A stretch of DNA of 54,615 nucleotides, counting the filler, from Porpidia crustulata (taxonomy: Eukaryota): the NCBI GenBank assembly GCA_964255105.1. It is 5 parts of 5 records of this genome, joined end to end, with 100 filler letters (N's around TTAATTAATTAA, not from the genome) between each part and the next. Parts side by side here need not be neighbours in the genome. Positions count along the whole stretch, not along the records: positions 43,802 to 54,615 come from CAXUWE010000724.1; 4 more parts are not named here. One strand, 5' to 3'. A program made the position numbers and the translations under genes. Under the pieces are notes generated by a model. That model worked only from the letters and a program-made list of their open reading frames with translations. It was not told the origin of the DNA and did no database searches. This document shows positions 49,030-54,615 of this stretch, one piece after another (position 1 is the stretch's first letter; each line of letters starts with the position of its first letter).

Positions 49030-50553
49030 TAAAATGGTATTGATCACCATCACGGAATTTTGCGCGAGCTCAACCCAATCTGCAAAGAACCCAACCCTTC
49101 TGTCGTGGAAGAGTCCATGGCCTCCCCAGCCCTACCAGGCTAAGCCAACCGATTCGACCAATATGACTCTTCTAGCATGAGGCCCTGGAGGGCCCCCAAG
49201 GAATTATGTGGCTGGATGTAAGACGGTCGATCACATCAAATTCGTGCAACAATGTCATCGATGAGTCCATCTGTCCTTGGCCCACCAACGCTGGTGACTG
49301 GAGTGATAAGGCTCTTGGCAAAAAGGTAAGGTCTGATGACTCCTTGGCCACTTGGCCACGCATGCGTTGTCCTCAATGTCTAGGATTTTATTCGCAGCCA
49401 ACAGTCCCAAATCCCCAGGGCTCCTCAATCCATGGCGCCAGGAATGCGGTCATTGATGATATCGACAAAAACGCCGTAAGAGTTGCGACCCTCATGAGGA
49501 CGACTTCAATGGTCAAATTCTATGCACTGGTCAATCAAGATACCGACGGACTTTGCCAGGCATACAAGGTCGATGTGGAGGACGTATTCTATCTGAAGGA
49601 ATATCGAGACGAATTCTTGACAACGGTGGAGTCCAGGAGGAATAAATGGAACGGCATCATCTGACAGCACATCGCCTCTCATACCGCCAGCTTTCGTCTT
49701 GTCGTCTCAACCAAGCCTACGAGCTACATGACTGTCCCTTTTCCTCACAACTACCTGAGTGAAATAGAGGGCCTGCTCGATGCCTACGAGTCATGTGAAG
49801 AGCCCTGGATTCTGGGCGAGGTTAAAGAACTTCTCGAAAGATAGATCCAGATATGAGTTACAGCCCCAAGGTATCAATCACGCTTTGCACAAGATGCTCA
49901 ATGTTGAGAAAGGATTCGAACTGAGAGATGGCGAGAATGGCGTGAAGGAAGCGGAGGTATGCATCGCCCCTTGAGTCAAGCCCTTTAATACGACTATCTC
50001 TGACTTTCCTGCAGAGTATCTGGCCTGAATTGACCGACCTACACCTTGTAGCAGAAGATCTCGTTGAAATAGCGACGGCACTCAGGAATGAGCAAGTCAT
50101 ACTGGAGTATCGCCTGGTCCGAGCATTTGTGGTGGATTGGAAGATGAGACGGCAAGTACGAACAGATTCCGGCTCCGAGGCATTGGAGATCCGCAGGTAT
50201 GTCCTGCTTCAAATAGGCTCCACCCTTCCGGTCCTAAACGCCATTGGCTCTGTGGATTCATTTAACTTTCTCAAGACGCATGTTGAACAAATACGTGCCA
50301 TATTGTCTTACAATAAGAGATACCATGAAGCTATTCAACAGAATCTTAATGTTACATCCGCCACTCTATCTCCTAATGAGGCTAGCAGAGCTTTGCGAGA
50401 TCACCGATGTTGACAGCGCTCGAGAATGGGCCCTGGTAGTTTATCATTACGCAGTCCGAGAAATGGCTGCAAAAGACGAGGGGATAGCAAAAAATTATCA
50501 GAGTATCTAGCAAGATTAGAGAAGCTTGTCGAATCGTTGTCTTTCGTTGACTG
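49030..50553 (+). pseudogene. Fragmented coding-like region of unknown family
   Basis: Chain of 60-150 aa ORFs (49206..49664, 49780..49974, 50030..50413, 50244..50510) separated by stops and frameshifts; no recognisable domain. Confidence 0.35.
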
Positions 50554-53499
50554 AATCAACAGAGGAGGAGGACGGAGACTCATCGGGTGAGAACGATGAG
50601 GGAGGGAACGCAAGGGAAGTTGATATTTAACTGGACTGAACAAGGACCTTGATTGAATAAGCTACCTGTGCTTTTGTAGGTGCTTTTGTCGATCAGTCAC
50701 CTTATCGGAAAAGTTTTAATGTTTAGTAAATCGAAAAGAAAAAAAAAGCGTACTTGCATCAATATCATGACATTTGAATCAATCACCAACGAGGGATAGA
50801 AGTTTTGAGTATTCCCAACGGCCCAGTGGTGTCGGAAATATTGAACCAGTCGTGACTTATGGAATAACTGTAATTCGAAAGGCAGTTCTTGCAGGTACCA
50901 CAGTTCGATTGGGTAGGCAAAGTCCACAAATCTACCTGCTATGAAACGCCACACCTACGCCGAACGCACAGCCAATTCCACGAAACCGTAAACCCTCCAA
51001 AGCCAGATATCTCCGCCCTCGCCTTGCCTTGTTTCATTCGATAACAGGCAAGTCGCTGGAACTGACAATGGAAGATTCTTCCGACGACGTGTTTCGATCA
51101 TCTCGATCTATAATCTATTAAATAATGCTCAAAAGCCCCAGGTACAATGAAGGAAACTGACTCAATAATACCACCCAATCTGAATCCGTCTCCCGACCCT
51201 TCGCCGTCGGTGAATATTGTATTGAGAGTACCACAGCATTCTCCGAGACATGCCGACGCGTTCTTGTTCTCAATAGCCTTGTGCAATGCTCTTATGGCCG
51301 CTCTCTGTTTGTCAGAAAGAGATTGGCTCTGTTTCGTCGGTGGTGGTCTTTGGATGAGAACTTCTGTCGCTCGGCCTATAAGTTCGCGGTTGCTCCTCGG
51401 CGTCTGTGATATCTGATCCTTGGTACCAGAGGACGTTTTCGGCGCTTCATGTAAGCTTGTTCCGGTTTTACGAGTTGATGTAGCTTGGCAAGTTGCTCAT
51501 CTGTGGCAAGGTAAGGTTCTGTCTTCTCCGGGTGAGACTTTCCGGATTTCGACGATTTCATAATCCTTTTTTGAGAAGTCCGCGATGATAAAGAATCGGT
51601 GAATGTGGAAAGAGGGTTACAGACCGGAGGGAAACTAAGCGACATACCTTTTGGCTGTGGAGGAGAGGGGGGTTTCGGGAAGTCCGCGAGAATCGTGATC
51701 TTGGAAGCCTAGATGAACGTCAATTCAGTACCATTGTAGCTGGACGGTGCAATTCAAACTTTGATCCCCGATTTTTTTACCGAGCTTCCTCCGCCCTTTT
51801 TCGGCTTCGAAAGGTCACTCAAGGTCACTACGGGCATAGTTGCTGGACGTGTAATGATCGTGAGTAAGTTACTATTGAGAATCACCAAGCATGAGGTAGA
51901 AAACTCGTGGACTGGCAGGAGGTCGGAGAATAAGAAGGGTGTTCTGAAAATTGGTGAATGTAAAATTGACCCTAGGAAGTATATAGCATGAAGATTGTCT
52001 GGAAATTCGTGAGTATTCGGAGTGTTGAGGTTAATGCGAATGTAATAGAAATCCTGGTGGCCCTTGACTTTCAGCTAATAGTCAGACAAGGAGGACTATG
52101 AAGCTGGATCAAGTCAAGAAGGACCTTGTTCACCTATTACTCCGACAATAGACCGATCTGTATATCTCACTTTTTCCCTTAATACATGACACTTGAAGCG
52201 AGATAGATGAATACTAATGAACTCATAGTTCATCAAATATGTAATATCATTTCGCGCAAAGCAAGGTGACCGTTTCCTTTCCATGCCGCCAATACCATTC
52301 CCACTCCTTTGTTCTGGTAATCGTGAAGAACCGAAAAGCTTCATCGCGTGAAATTGATGCTTACAGAGAGGCCATCAGCAAACCGATGGTTGGGACTTAG
52401 GATATAACGGTGCTATCATATACTTACTATGCGTTCTTCTTAACTTCTACCTAACCAATCATGTACACGGTAAACCTTGAGTCGTAAAGGTAAAGCTTTC
52501 TAGGAGTTTGCTAGCTGCCAGGCACATCTGGTAATGTCCTTCGACCTCTCTTTTAGTCAAAGCCAATGATAGCATCTAGCCTCCATCATAGCCGCCCTCG
52601 TTGTCTCCCTTCTTTCAAGGTATAGATACGATAGTTTTCCCACGCCCCGACCCACCGAACGTCCCGCGCATCCTTCCGAAGTTGCGGATGATCGTGCCCA
52701 AATTTGCACGGCGACCACTTGCATGATTGCTGCTTTTCAAGTGAGAAACATGAACGTCGGATATGGACGAGACAATTGTGGATGACGTCGTTGAAGCATT
52801 TCTATAAATCCTGTGAGCTTGAACACATACATCAGAGAAAAGCTTGACGAACTTCTAATTCATATGCTTCACATATGTGAAAGACTGAAACAGCATGCAG
52901 CGGATCTGCCTTGACGCTGCATTTGATGCCTCGTAGATTGTCTGCACATGCGTATTGAATCATGTCCAGATAACTTTCTAAGTCCAACTCATTCCGATCC
53001 GCGGCTGATCTATTGTAATCTCCAGATTTCTTTGCATGATTATCAGTCATGCGCCATGTGTCGAAAGTTTGCGTTAAGCTGTTGACAGGTCAGGTGGTAG
53101 CAGTGCATGCAATTGGTCAATATGAAGCAATTGTAATGATCATACATGTGGTTTATATTGATGTAGATCGTATGTACGAAAGGGGGGCCTAGAGAGGTGA
53201 AAATTCTGCAGTCCCACTAGCGCCAAATAAGCGAATGTGATAGGGCCGGAGATTACCAACCCAAGGAAATCAGCACCATGGAGTGCTGGTATGCCAACAT
53301 AAGCTATGCCGAGCTCTTTTATTCGAGACTGATTCAGCGTTTGAACTCGAGACGACGACAGAAAATGACCGCTCGGTGATGAATTATCATGATGGTGATG
53401 AAGAACCTCGATTGGCGTCGTTTGACGTCAACCGAGAGCCTTCGTTATCAATCGATCTCTTGATGATTAATGTTAATGGTGGAGATGAAGGATCTCGAC

Positions 53500-53790
53500 T
53501 GATTCATTCAGTATTCCACCAAGTACTCCATCCAGTGCTCCACCCTGTGTTTCATTCAATATTCCACCCCAGTGCTCCATCCAGTGCTCCATCCAGTGCT
53601 TCATCCAGTGCTCCATCCAGTGTCTCATCCAGTGTTCCATCCGGTGCTTCATTCAATGTTCCAATATTCCACCCAGTGCTTCATTCAATGTTTCATTCAA
53701 TATTCCACCCAATGCTTCATTCAATGATTCACTCACTGCTTCATTCAGTGCTTTTTTTAATGTTTTATTCAATTATTATTTTCAATTAAT
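53500..53790 (+). repeat. Second array of the same 12-bp minisatellite, progressively AT-shifted
   Basis: Near-perfect AGTGCTCCATCC units at 53571-53620 degrade to ATGTTTCATTCA / ATTTTCAATTA toward 53800. Confidence 0.85.
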
Positions 53791-53930
53791 GTTTCAATTA
53801 AACTGAACAGAACGCGTACGAAGCAAAACAAAAAAATCAAGTTCAGTCACGTGATGAAATATGCTTGGCAGCAAACGACAGCCAATCAACCTTAAAAGTT
53901 AACGTATTATATAGATATTATATAGATAGT

Positions 53931-54521
53931 TGTCACGATAGCTTACAGTCTATATTGATTGGGGTTTTAGAATAGGGCTTAGGGGATCTTGTTAGTCAAA
54001 ATGGCTGTAAAGGGCCTTGAGTCGCGAGAAGGGTGGAAATTTGAGGAGTGATGGGAATATCTGCATAGAAGAAAGTCATGACCCTTGATTGGCTGATGAT
54101 TGGGACTGATAATTACGAGCATCGTCTTGACTAAGGATCAAGAGAGGTGGCAAGCGAACAGTATTGATTACCTAGATTCGAAGCACTGCCGAATTATTCC
54201 CTGCTAATGTACAATACACCCCAAGCAAACCCCACAACTCAAAGGAGTGTTCTCGTCCCTGTTACCTTCCAGACATCATCTCCGAACCACACCCCGCGCC
54301 CCGTGGGGCCGNNNNNNNNNNNNNNNNNNNNNNNNNNNNNNNNNNNNNNNNNNNNNNNNNNNNNNNNNNNNNNNNNNNNNNNNNCACCGTCACTCCTCCT
54401 CGCCCGAACGTCCCCGAATGTGACTAATCTAGTCATCACCACCCTCATATCCACCTTCCTTGCCCTTGTCTCCCTTCTTGCACTTGGGCTTTTTCCACCA
54501 ACCATCGAAATCATAGTGACA
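53931..54521. mobile_element. Possible LTR fragment
   Basis: TGTCAC...GTGACA inverted termini about 590 bp apart, spanning an N gap (54312-54384); no matching TSD seen. Confidence 0.3.
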
Positions 54522-54615
54522 AGAATCGTAGTAACTGTAATCTCTCAGTCAGTACATCTTGTGGTATCGGCTGGGGCCAGGTGTTTGGGGGGGCCGGGAA
54601 AGGGGAAGCCATACC

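Noticed and set aside
53283..53789. His-rich (VLHP/MFHS)n protein as a metal-binding peptide
   Set aside because: Simply a reading frame of the 12-bp minisatellite; no ATG start or other coding evidence.
54572..54606. Four G-runs (G-quadruplex motif)
   Set aside because: At the contig end in probable repeat DNA; no functional context.

Overview
Eukaryotic DNA from a filamentous ascomycete (Pezizomycotina; possibly a lichen-forming fungus, which is inference only), with short spliceosomal introns. The window is not one locus. It holds five pieces of about 10.8 kb (10872, 10866, 10846, 10817 and >=10814 bp, i.e. size-sorted) joined by artificial 100-bp N/TTAATTAATTAA linkers. Pieces 1-4 carry mostly ordinary genes: WLM protease, Hrt3/Pof7 F-box, Mtm1-like carrier, Vps71, alternative oxidase, multicopper oxidase, FYVE protein, Ecm4-like GST, NmrA-like reductase, an atypical ATP-dependent DNA ligase, Cdc16, DJ-1/PfpI, cupin DUF985, ornithine aminotransferase and dienelactone hydrolase. 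Piece 5 is an accessory, decayed region with a solo LTR plus TSD, a stop-interrupted SRPK-like kinase, a frameshifted GIY-YIG + zinc-finger gene and two related 12-bp minisatellites. The most interesting signal is at 26243-28135: a gene with the ABBA-KEN-D-box layout of the yeast APC/C inhibitor Acm1. Downstream of it, in the likely 3' UTR, lie two copies of a UUCG-class (cUACGg) tetraloop hairpin in which every difference between the copies preserves base pairing.
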